Shown here piece by piece: positions 25,790 to 34,489 of a stretch of 64,000 nucleotides of DNA. Source of the stretch: Syntrophorhabdaceae bacterium (lineage in GTDB: Bacteria > Desulfobacterota > Syntrophorhabdia > Syntrophorhabdales > Syntrophorhabdaceae); contig DATKMQ010000063.1 of assembly GCA_035541755.1 (NCBI GenBank), positions 13,364 through 77,363 of the forward strand, given 5' to 3'. Made by a program: the position numbers and the translations under genes. The stretch's first letter is position 1. Every line of letters starts with the position of its first letter. Below the pieces are notes generated by a model. That model made no database searches. It saw only the letters and a program-made list of their open reading frames with translations, and was not told the DNA's origin.

Positions 25790-26537
25790 TAAGAAATAAT
25801 TAGGCACTCGTTATCGTCACTAATAATAGAGAGTTACATAGCTAAAGAAGAGTCGGCGTAGCCTGCGAGGAATCAAAGGACCGAGAGCATGTGCTTTCGC
25901 TTAAAACATGGGGACACAACACACAGGCAGTACCTCATGGCGGCCTTCTTCTTCGTACTCATTGCTTCTGCATAGCTTACTTAGGTCGCAGGATACCCCG
26001 TCACGATCCAAATCACGGCCGGCTTCACCATGGCCCTGAGAGAACCCGGGACGGATGCGTATGTCCGAGAGGCATATTCTCATTGGAGGCGTATCTCTCA
26101 CACGCATAACCCGGTGTTGCCAAGGCCTTTCGGTTTGTTCAGGTTCTCCTTTCGGTGATGCGTGCGCTCTTTAAGTGGTCCTCGGTATGCATGGTACTCA
26201 GATTTCATGGTTTGGCCCGATCCACACGCGATGGGTTCAGCATTCGTAACAATTTTCAGTGCGACGAAAGGCGCTCGTCACTGCCTCGGTCTTCACTTCA
26301 CATCAACGTTCGCGGGGCTTGATCTCTTCATTTGTACGATTTCGACCAACTCTGTTTGGCCGTTCGGAAAGATGCGTTGCAGCGCGCTGGCCCCACGTAA
26401 AAAAGACTCTTTTTGACTTGACAAAATGGAGCTTCCTTGTGCATATTATCACAAAACAGAGACAGGGGTTCTATCCTCGTCTAAAAGGGGGTATTCTCAC
26501 AATACCATTTCATCATTGAATCTTCACCGGGTTCACC

Positions 26538-28607
26538 ATGAATAACACAGGACAAGATCTTATAGAACACGAAGAACACACCAACCGGGGCCTCACCATT
26601 GACAGTAGAAAATGCCGTCTCTGTCTGTACTGCGTGCAGCTTTGCCCTTCGAAGGCCGTAAAGCTTGAAAAAGACACGATCAAGGTAATTCCTGAACGGT
26701 GTATCCTGTGTGCGAGTTGCATCAAAGGCTGTCCTCAACACGCAATGAGCCTGTATGGCGGCCTTGGTACGGTGGGAAGTGTGCTCGCCTCGGGCGCTAA
26801 GACGATCGCCTGTCTTGACCCTGCCTTTCCTGCCGCTTTTGATGCCGAGAGCCCGCGCCGATTCGTTACCGCATTGAAGAAGCTCGGGTTTACCGAAGTC
26901 TGGGAGGGGGCCTTCGGCGTGGAACTCGTAAGCCAGGCTTATAGAAGACTACTCGACAGCAATACCGGCTCCCCGCTCATCTCGTCATTTTGCCCTGCTA
27001 TTGTCTTCTACATCCAGAAATATCTACCTCAGCTCATCCCCAATCTGGCGCCTATCGTGTCCCCAATGATTGCGATAGGCAAGGTGGCGCGCCACATCAA
27101 GGGGAATGATTGGAAGACCATATATATTACGCCCTGCCTTGCACAGGTGGGGGAGAGCGTGGCGGACGAGGTAGCCGGGGTGATAGATCACGTCATCACA
27201 TTCCGTGACGTCCAGCGCATGCTTGATGCGGCAGGCATAGACCAGGGTAAGCTCGAAGAAACCGAATTTGATGGTCCGCGACCCTTTTTGGGCAGAATCA
27301 TGCCGGTGATCGGCGGCCTGAATCGAAGCATGGGTTCAAGCTTTGACGTGCTCGAGGACGAAGTAAGCGTGGCATACGGACGGCGACAGGTGATAGGCCT
27401 TCTCAATCAGCTTGCCTCCGGTTACATACGAGCGGGGTTCCTCGATCTTGTCTATTGTGACGGTTGTATTGACGGGCCCTTCATCGACAGAGAACTCTCG
27501 GTACTCGGGAGAAGACATGTTATTGCCCGATATACCAAGGGTGAGATGGCCAAACAGAATATGTCCGATGTCCACAAAGAACTCGAGAAATACCAAGGTA
27601 TCGACCTTGGTCGTGAGTTCCGTAATACGGAAGAGAAACTTACCGCGCCTTCCGAAGAAGAAATAGAAACGATCCTCAAGAAGATAGACAAGCTCCCGCC
27701 CAGCAACAACCTTGACTGCAGGGCCTGCGGATACGCGACCTGTCGTGATAAGGCCATAGCCGTTGCCCAGGGGCTCGCTGACGCACAATTCTGTCTCCCC
27801 TACCTGCTTGACCAGAGCAACAAGATCTATCAGCAACTTGAGAAGTCGCATCGCGAGCTGCAAAAATCGCATCAAGAACTCGAACATGCCCAGTATCAGC
27901 TCATCCGCACAGAGAAGCTGGCAGCCCTGGGGCAACTCGCTGCAGGTGTGGCCCACGAAATCAATAACCCGCTTGGTACCATTACTATATACGCGCACAT
28001 ACTGTTAAAGACTATGGAGACCGAAGATCCGAGACGGGATGATATCGCGCTTATCATTAACGAGGCAAACCGTACAAAAGGTATCGTTCAGGGGCTCTTA
28101 AGTTTCGCGCGCGAGACCAAGCTCAAACCGGGCGACACGGATATTAATGAGCTCCTCGAAGACGCTCTCGGGCTTCTCGTCAACCAGTCCCTGTTCCAGA
28201 ACATAAAAATAAAGAAAAATTTTGCCAAAGACCTGCCCGCCATATTTGCCGACGGGACTCAGCTTAAGCAGGTGTTCTTAAATATTGTCCTCAACGCAGC
28301 GCAGGCAATGGAAGGCAAGGGCAATCTCGCGATTACAACATGGTTGCAAAAAGACCATATAAAGATTAGGATTCGTGATACAGGCCCGGGCATTCTGCCG
28401 GAACATGTGGCAAAACTCTTCAACCCCTTTTTCACCACCAAAGAGAAGGGTACCGGGTTGGGGCTTGCCATCTCTTACGGGATTATCGAGAGGCATTCCG
28501 GCAAAATCGAAGTCGACACCGAATTGGAAAGAGGAAGCACCTTTACCATTTCCTTACCTCTGGGCAGAGACGAAAAGGATTTGCAGGACGAAACAAAGAG
28601 GCATTAA
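26538..28607 (+). CDS. Sensor histidine kinase with N-terminal 2x[4Fe-4S] ferredoxin, [FeFe]-hydrogenase-large-subunit-like domain and a CxxCGxxxC Fe-S module
   Basis: 'CRLCLYCVQLCP' and 'CILCASCIKGCP'. Hydrogenase-like strings 'SSFCPAIV', 'ITPCLAQVGE' and 'LVYCDGCIDGP'. 'DCRACGYATCRDKAIAVAQG...FC'. H-box 'AHEINNPL' and HATPase 'GTGLGLAISYGII'. Confidence 0.85.
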   Translation: MNNTGQDLIEHEEHTNRGLTIDSRKCRLCLYCVQLCPSKAVKLEKDTIKVIPERCILCASCIKGCPQHAMSLYGGLGTVGSVLASGAKTIACLDPAFPAAFDAESPRRFVTALKKLGFTEVWEGAFGVELVSQAYRRLLDSNTGSPLISSFCPAIVFYIQKYLPQLIPNLAPIVSPMIAIGKVARHIKGNDWKTIYITPCLAQVGESVADEVAGVIDHVITFRDVQRMLDAAGIDQGKLEETEFDGPRPFLGRIMPVIGGLNRSMGSSFDVLEDEVSVAYGRRQVIGLLNQLASGYIRAGFLDLVYCDGCIDGPFIDRELSVLGRRHVIARYTKGEMAKQNMSDVHKELEKYQGIDLGREFRNTEEKLTAPSEEEIETILKKIDKLPPSNNLDCRACGYATCRDKAIAVAQGLADAQFCLPYLLDQSNKIYQQLEKSHRELQKSHQELEHAQYQLIRTEKLAALGQLAAGVAHEINNPLGTITIYAHILLKTMETEDPRRDDIALIINEANRTKGIVQGLLSFARETKLKPGDTDINELLEDALGLLVNQSLFQNIKIKKNFAKDLPAIFADGTQLKQVFLNIVLNAAQAMEGKGNLAITTWLQKDHIKIRIRDTGPGILPEHVAKLFNPFFTTKEKGTGLGLAISYGIIERHSGKIEVDTELERGSTFTISLPLGRDEKDLQDETKRH

Positions 28608-28637
28608 TTCAAAATATAAAGACAGGGAGAAGAAACC

Positions 28638-29039
28638 ATGGGCAAAAAAAGAATCTTGGTCATCGATGACGATGTGGATTTCGTGGATCTCAACAAGGCT
28701 ATCCTCGAAAACAGCGGATTCGAGGTAGTGACAGCATTTTCGGGCCGTGAAGGCATGGATAAGGTCAAGTTTGAATCGCCTGACCTTATCATGCTCGATC
28801 TCATGATGGAAAAGCACGACTCGGGTTTTAACTTTGCAAAGACCATCAAGGCAGATCCTCGCTATAAAAACATACCGATTCTTATGATCTCATCAGTGAA
28901 AACAGAAACCGGGTACGATTTTTCCATGGACCTCGACGGCTACTGGATGAAGACCGATGATTTTGTCGGTAAACCGGTTGCGCCGGAAGAACTGCTCAAG
29001 CGCATCAACAGTCTTTTGGCGAAAGAACAAAAAGAATAA
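28638..29039 (+). CDS. Stand-alone response-regulator receiver (CheY-like, no output domain)
   Basis: 133 aa. 'LVIDDDVD', 'IMLDLMM' and 'FVGKPV'. Confidence 0.9.
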   Translation: MGKKRILVIDDDVDFVDLNKAILENSGFEVVTAFSGREGMDKVKFESPDLIMLDLMMEKHDSGFNFAKTIKADPRYKNIPILMISSVKTETGYDFSMDLDGYWMKTDDFVGKPVAPEELLKRINSLLAKEQKE

Positions 29040-29055
29040 TCCTTAGAGAGTATGC

Positions 29056-30549
29056 ATGGCTGAGACAGCGCACATCCTGGTAGTTGATGATGAGAAGGGT
29101 ATCCGTGAAGGGTGCCGAAGGATCCTCGTCAGCGAAGGATATGCCGTTGATTTGGCGGAAAACGGGAAAGAGGCCCTGGACATGGTGCGAGCAAAACCCT
29201 ACGACCTCCTCCTTGTCGATCTCATGATGCCTGTCATGGGAGGTATGGAGCTCATGGAAGAGGTAGGGCAGATTGACCCTGAAATCATCATGATCGTCAT
29301 TACCGGTTTTGCAACGGTGGAAACCGCTGTCGACGCCATGAAGCGAGGCGCGTATGACTACATCCCAAAACCCTTCTCGCCTGACCAGCTCATCTCTGTT
29401 CTCAACAGAGGCCTTGAAAAGAGACGGCTCAGGATCGAGACGGAAAAGCTCCGTGAGGAAAGGGATCAGAAGCTCCTTGAAATAGCCAGCGAAAAATCGA
29501 AGCTTCGTACCGTGGTCAACTCAATGGCCGATGGGATCATTGTTATCAACCGCGAGGGTCAGCTCGTGCTCTTTAACCCCGCGGCGACTAAAATGCTTGA
29601 TCTCGATCAAAGACTCGAGCTCGGCAAGAGTGTCCTCGACATCATAGTGCAAAAGGATTTGCTCGACCTTATAAACAAGGCCTTTTCTCCTGATTCCTCA
29701 AGGTACACGGTTCTTTCCGAGGAGATCGAACTGACCGGGGCGGAATCAAAGACCCTTATGGTCAACGTTGCGAGGGTAGAGGACGAGATGGGCCGCGATC
29801 TCGGCGCGGTGAGCACTTTTCGCGACATAACAGGACTTAAGGAGATCGAGGAGATAAAATCGCAGTTTGTCCGGATGGTTGCGCACGAACTCAGGGCGCC
29901 TCTGGCGGCGGTGACCGGGTACCTGACGGCCTACCTCACAGGGGTAGCAGGCACCGATCCTCAGGTGAACCGCCAGATGCTGGAGCGGGCCCGGCTCAGG
30001 GCTGAGTCGCTTATCGAGCTGGTAAACGATCTTTTGCAGTTCGCGAGACTCGAATCAAAGAAGGTCGAAAGAAAAAAGGAGCTTCTCGACATATCGGAAA
30101 TTATCGTGAACACCGTAGAACTCCTAAAACCTCAGGGTGCAGGCAAAGACCTCGTCTTTGAGCTCAACATCCCGGCCAAGCTACCCTTGATCGAAGCGGA
30201 CCGGACAGAAATGGATCAACTCATCACAAACCTTGTATCAAACGCCATAAAGTATAATGTAAAAGACGGCAAGGTCGTGGTCAGCGCCACGCCGGATACT
30301 CATTTCTTGACCATTAAGGTGGCCGACACGGGAATCGGCATTGAAGAGGAGTTTCTGCCCTGTATTTTTGATGAATTCTATCGGGTGCAGGGGCCTAATA
30401 CGCGGTACACCACGGGGACCGGCCTCGGGTTATCGATCGTGAAGAAGATCGTGGAATCCAATTTCGGCCGTATCGAAGTGGAAAGTCAGGTAGACAGAGG
30501 AACTACGTTTACGGTGAAACTACCCCTCAAGGGGATGGATAGAGAATAA
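29056..30549 (+). CDS. Receiver-PAS-histidine kinase (N-terminal REC hybrid kinase)
   Basis: REC 'LVVDDEKG...LLLVDLMMP...YIPKPF', a PAS region, H-box 'AHELRAPL' and HATPase 'GTGLGLSIVKKIV'. Confidence 0.9.
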   Translation: MAETAHILVVDDEKGIREGCRRILVSEGYAVDLAENGKEALDMVRAKPYDLLLVDLMMPVMGGMELMEEVGQIDPEIIMIVITGFATVETAVDAMKRGAYDYIPKPFSPDQLISVLNRGLEKRRLRIETEKLREERDQKLLEIASEKSKLRTVVNSMADGIIVINREGQLVLFNPAATKMLDLDQRLELGKSVLDIIVQKDLLDLINKAFSPDSSRYTVLSEEIELTGAESKTLMVNVARVEDEMGRDLGAVSTFRDITGLKEIEEIKSQFVRMVAHELRAPLAAVTGYLTAYLTGVAGTDPQVNRQMLERARLRAESLIELVNDLLQFARLESKKVERKKELLDISEIIVNTVELLKPQGAGKDLVFELNIPAKLPLIEADRTEMDQLITNLVSNAIKYNVKDGKVVVSATPDTHFLTIKVADTGIGIEEEFLPCIFDEFYRVQGPNTRYTTGTGLGLSIVKKIVESNFGRIEVESQVDRGTTFTVKLPLKGMDRE

Positions 30550-30579
30550 GCGAGAATCAAATTCTTAAAAGGAGAAGAT

Positions 30580-32838
30580 ATGGCGAACAAAGAAACGAAA
30601 CTCAACGAGATCGTGGAGAAAAGGCTACTTGCTCCCTCGATCACCATGTACAAACTCTATGTGCCGGATATCGCAAAAAAGGTCAAGGCAGGCCAGTTCG
30701 TCGTGGTCCGATGCGATGACATGGCCGAACGTGTCCCGCTCACGGTCGCCGATTTCGACCGCAAACAAGGCACTATCACGATTATTTTCCAGGAAGTCGG
30801 TGCCTCGACGCAGAAGCTGGGGAAATTCGAACAAGGTGACTCACTTCTTGACGTGGTCGGCCCCCTCGGCAAACCGAGCCACATCGAGAAATTCGGCACC
30901 GTGGTCTGCGTGGGCGGGGGAGTCGGTGTGGCGCCGGTCCTTCCTATCGCAAAAGCGCTCTTCGAAGCAGGCAACGAGGTGATTTCGATTATCGGCGCCC
31001 GCACGAAAGAGATGCTTATCCTCGAGGAAGAGATGAAAAAGGCGAGCACAAAACTCTACGTAACGACCGATGACGGCACCTACGGCCACCACGGTTTTGT
31101 TACCGACGTGTTAAAGCAGGTCATCGAGGAGAAGAAAAAGATCGACCTCGTCGTGGGCATCGGCCCGGTCGTCATGATGAGGGCCGTTTCCGACGTGACG
31201 AGACCCCATAACATTAAGACCGTCGTCTCCCTCAACACGATCATGGTGGATGGGACCGGTATGTGCGGTTGCTGCAGGGCGACGATCGGTGGAGAGACAA
31301 AGTTTGTCTGCGTTGATGGGCCTGAATTTGACGGCCATCAGGTCGATTTCAAGGAACTGGTACTGCGCCAGAAGATGTATAATCGCGAAGAAAGACGCGC
31401 CATGTGGGATCACGCCTGTAAACTTGAAGCCAAAGCCAAGGCCATGAAGAAGTCGAAGCTCAGGGAAAAGATGCCCGAGCAAGACCCCAAAAATAGGATC
31501 CAGAATTTTAGCGAAGTTGCCCTGGGCTATACCCACGACAACGCGCTCAGGGAAGCATCGAGGTGCCTCCAGTGCAAGAACTCTCCCTGTGTTGAAGGCT
31601 GTCCGGTCAATGTCCAGATTCCTGCCTTCATCAAGCAGATAAGGGAAGGCGATTTCATGGGCGCCATCCACACGATCAAATCGACAAACAGTCTGCCCGC
31701 CGTCTGCGGCCGCGTATGCCCCCAGGAAACCCAATGCGAACAGAAGTGCGTACTCGGAAAGAAAGGACAGCCCGTGGCCATCGGTCGACTGGAACGCTTC
31801 GCCGCGGATTATGAGCTGCACAAGGGCGACGTAAGGGCTCCCCAGAAAACGAAAAGCACGGGAAAGAAGGTCGCCGTAATCGGCGCCGGCCCATCCGGGC
31901 TCACGGTTGCCGGCGAACTTTCGAAAAAGGGACACGATGTGACGGTCTTCGAGGCCCTGCACAAGGCGGGAGGGGTCTTGGTATACGGTATTCCCGAGTT
32001 CCGTCTGCCCAAGGCCGTGGTGCAGCGCGAGGTAGACTATGTTGAGAAACTCGGCGCGAAGATCAAAGTGGACACCATAGTCGGTCAGACCATGACGCTT
32101 GACGAACTCTTTGAAGCAGGATTTGATGCGGTCTTTATCGGCACAGGTGCGGGGCTTCCCTATTTCATGAATATCCCCGGTGAAAACCTAAACGGAGTTT
32201 ACTCGGCAAACGAGTTTCTCACCAGGGCAAATCTGATGAAGGCCTACCTCTTTCCGGAATACGATACGCCGGTCAGAGTGGGTAGCAGGGTCGCTGTAGT
32301 AGGCGGCGGGAATGTGGCCATGGATGCGGCAAGGGTCTCTAAACGGCTCGGCGCCAATGTCTATCTCATTTATCGCCGTTCCAAAGAGGAGATGCCCGCG
32401 CGGGCCGAAGAAGCTCACCACGCCCAGGAGGAGGGCATAGATTTCAGGCTCCTCACCAACCCGGTAAGGATCATAGGCGATGAAAACGGCTGGGTCAAGG
32501 GCATCGAATGTGTGAAGATGGAGCTTGGCGAGCCCGATGCCTCAGGCAGGAGAAGACCGGTTGAGATCAAGGGCTCCAATTATGTAATCGATGTTGATGT
32601 AGTAATCATAGCCATTGGCCAGGGTCCGAACCCGATCCTCACATCCACCACGCCGGGGTTGAAGTTGAGAAAGTCAGGCAACATAGAGGCAGACGCCGAG
32701 ACTGGCCAGACGAGCCGTGAAGGCGTGTTCGCCGGCGGTGACATAGTGACCGGGGCAGCGACCGTCATCCTTGCAATGGGCGCCGGAAGAGCGGCCGCAA
32801 AAGCAATTGACGAATATCTCGCGGCCAAGACCAAATAG
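30580..32838 (+). CDS. nfnAB: Fused NfnA-NfnB (single-polypeptide NADH-dependent ferredoxin:NADP+ oxidoreductase-like)
   Basis: 752 aa. Residues about 1-280 align with the 22971 product ('DGTGMCGCCRATIGGETKFVCVDGPEF'). Residues about 300-752 align with the 23816 product ('CLQCKNSPCVEGCPV', 'GGDIVTGAATVILAMGAGR'). Confidence 0.88.
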   Translation: MANKETKLNEIVEKRLLAPSITMYKLYVPDIAKKVKAGQFVVVRCDDMAERVPLTVADFDRKQGTITIIFQEVGASTQKLGKFEQGDSLLDVVGPLGKPSHIEKFGTVVCVGGGVGVAPVLPIAKALFEAGNEVISIIGARTKEMLILEEEMKKASTKLYVTTDDGTYGHHGFVTDVLKQVIEEKKKIDLVVGIGPVVMMRAVSDVTRPHNIKTVVSLNTIMVDGTGMCGCCRATIGGETKFVCVDGPEFDGHQVDFKELVLRQKMYNREERRAMWDHACKLEAKAKAMKKSKLREKMPEQDPKNRIQNFSEVALGYTHDNALREASRCLQCKNSPCVEGCPVNVQIPAFIKQIREGDFMGAIHTIKSTNSLPAVCGRVCPQETQCEQKCVLGKKGQPVAIGRLERFAADYELHKGDVRAPQKTKSTGKKVAVIGAGPSGLTVAGELSKKGHDVTVFEALHKAGGVLVYGIPEFRLPKAVVQREVDYVEKLGAKIKVDTIVGQTMTLDELFEAGFDAVFIGTGAGLPYFMNIPGENLNGVYSANEFLTRANLMKAYLFPEYDTPVRVGSRVAVVGGGNVAMDAARVSKRLGANVYLIYRRSKEEMPARAEEAHHAQEEGIDFRLLTNPVRIIGDENGWVKGIECVKMELGEPDASGRRRPVEIKGSNYVIDVDVVIIAIGQGPNPILTSTTPGLKLRKSGNIEADAETGQTSREGVFAGGDIVTGAATVILAMGAGRAAAKAIDEYLAAKTK

Positions 32839-32861
32839 ATTCGTTTCTCTTGTGCAACGTG

Positions 32862-32893
32862 AAAGGGCAGGCCCTTCCGGCCTGCCCTTTTTG
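32862..32893 (+). terminator. Rho-independent terminator after nfnAB
   Basis: 12-bp perfect stem AAAGGGCAGGCC / GGCCTGCCCTTT with a 5-nt loop, running into a T-tract. Confidence 0.75.
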
Positions 32894-32938
32894 CATTAAA
32901 GCACGCCGATCAAGGGCGCTATCAATTGTCACATCCTG

Positions 32939-32967
32939 TTGACTTCCGGCGCGTGCCGCATCATACT
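32939..32967 (+). promoter_or_regulatory. Putative promoter TTGACT-17-CATACT upstream of ubiE
   Basis: -35 at 32939-32944 and -10 at 32962-32967. Confidence 0.4.
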
Positions 32968-33023
32968 ACAGAGAAGTGGCGCTCAAGGAAGAACCCCGAA
33001 CGTATACCGAGAAGGCAGGACGC

Positions 33024-33818
33024 ATGGAAGAGAAGGCGTCCGGAGAAGACGTAAAGCTTGTCAACTTCGGATTTCAAAAGGTACCTGAAACAGAGAAAGC
33101 TTCGCGGGTGAGAGATCATTTCGACCATATAGCGGGCCGATACGATTTCATGAATACGCTGTGCAGCTTCGGCATCCATTACCTATGGAAACGGATGGCT
33201 GTGGCTCTTCTTAATCTCAAACAAGGGGAAACCGTCCTTGATGTGTGCGGCGGCACAGGCGACCTTTCGGTGCTTGCGGTAAACAAGGTGGGACCTTTCG
33301 GCCGGGTAATCCTCGCCGACATAAACCACGCCATGATCGAGGCGGGCAGGCGCAAAAGACTCCATAGGGAACAGAGAAAAAAGATCGTCTATCTTCAGTC
33401 CGATACCGAAAACATGGCCATACAATCCGATTCCGTTGATGCGGTCATGGTGGGGTTCGGAATCAGGAACCTCACCCATATGGAGCGGGGCTTTGGCGAG
33501 ATATATCGTGTCCTCAAACCCGGCGGGCGGCTCATGTGTCTTGAATTTTCGAGGCCCAGGGCGGCTTGGTTTCGCTGGCTTTACGATTTCTATTCCTTCC
33601 ACATTATGCCTTATGTGGGCCTCATCTTTGCCGGTTCGAAACAACCCTTTACCTATCTGCCTCAATCGATCCGCCGATTTCCCGGTCCCCAAGAACTCAA
33701 AGAGCATATCGCAGGGATAGGCTTTGAGCGCGTATCATACGAGATTTTCACCAACGGCATTGCCGCAACACATATGGGCATAAAACCAGGGAGGGCGGGG
33801 CATTTGCCTCCCGCATAG
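33024..33818 (+). CDS. ubiE: Demethylmenaquinone / ubiquinone C-methyltransferase
   Basis: 'VNFGFQKVPETEKASRVRDHFDHIAGRYDFMNTLCSFGIHYLWK', SAM motif 'VLDVCGGTGDL' and 'FGIRNLTHMERGFGEIYRVLKPGGRLMCLEFS'. ATG 33024 is preferred over the GTG 32976 ORF-track start, which would sit at the predicted TSS. Confidence 0.82.
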   Translation: MEEKASGEDVKLVNFGFQKVPETEKASRVRDHFDHIAGRYDFMNTLCSFGIHYLWKRMAVALLNLKQGETVLDVCGGTGDLSVLAVNKVGPFGRVILADINHAMIEAGRRKRLHREQRKKIVYLQSDTENMAIQSDSVDAVMVGFGIRNLTHMERGFGEIYRVLKPGGRLMCLEFSRPRAAWFRWLYDFYSFHIMPYVGLIFAGSKQPFTYLPQSIRRFPGPQELKEHIAGIGFERVSYEIFTNGIAATHMGIKPGRAGHLPPA

Positions 33819-33821
33819 CAC

Positions 33822-34442
33822 GTGCGCTTAAGCGATGAGAACTCGATGAAGCTCAACTGGGCCGAACGGTGGGTCGTTAATAACCCCCTTCGCGTCGTTC
33901 AACAACGCATGGAGTTAAAAAAACTCAAGGCCATGTTACCTTTAAAGCCGCACTTCACCGCGCTCGAAATAGGCTGTGGCAGAGCCGCGGGCGCCGGGCT
34001 CATTCTCGAAGAATTCTTACCCTCGATGATCTATGCTACGGACCTCGATGTTCACATGCTTGAAAAGGCCAGGGATTATCTCCCCAGTGAGAAACGGAAG
34101 AATATCGTTCTTGTCGCGGCCGACGGTTCTTCTCTCCCCTTTAGAGACGGCTCAATTGATGCAGTATTTGACTTCGGGGTGCTCCATCATATCGTGGACT
34201 GGCGCAGGGCAGTTTCCGAAATAGCGCGGGTGCTCAAACCCGAAGGGGCATTCTTCCTGGAAGAGCTCTATCCGACCCTGTATCAGAACTTGATTACGAG
34301 GCACATCCTCCTGCACCCGAGACGTGGACGCTTTCGAAGCGACGATCTCAAACATTCGCTCGCTCGCGAAGGGCTTTTGTTCAAGGACTGTAGAGAACTG
34401 AAGGCGGTCGGCATTTTAGGTGTGGCCCTCAAGGCCCCATAA
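33822..34442 (+). CDS. Class I SAM-dependent methyltransferase
   Basis: 'ALEIGCGRAAGAGL', 'DAVFDFGVLHHI' and 'VLKPEGAFFLEE'. Start uncertain (GTG 33822 or ATG 33846). Confidence 0.72.
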   Translation: MRLSDENSMKLNWAERWVVNNPLRVVQQRMELKKLKAMLPLKPHFTALEIGCGRAAGAGLILEEFLPSMIYATDLDVHMLEKARDYLPSEKRKNIVLVAADGSSLPFRDGSIDAVFDFGVLHHIVDWRRAVSEIARVLKPEGAFFLEELYPTLYQNLITRHILLHPRRGRFRSDDLKHSLAREGLLFKDCRELKAVGILGVALKAP

Positions 34443-34489
34443 ACCCGGTATTCATTGTCCAAACAAAAGGATGGGTGTGAAGGTCCCGT

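Noticed and set aside
25901-26107. 68-aa minus-strand ORF with an Excalibur-like 'DLDRDGVSCD' string.
   Set aside because: The resemblance rests on about 10 residues and needs a 2-residue deletion. There is no convincing SD, and the ORF sits in a region full of short overlapping ORFs. It is mentioned under the gap finding only.
26440-26537. Rex-type (TTGTGAA-N4-TTCACAA) operators in front of the NADH-related operons. Two 'TCACAA' half-sites lie at about 26450 and 26497.
   Set aside because: The half-sites are direct repeats about 45 nt apart, not an inverted pair. No full Rex box was found upstream of 18458 or 26538.
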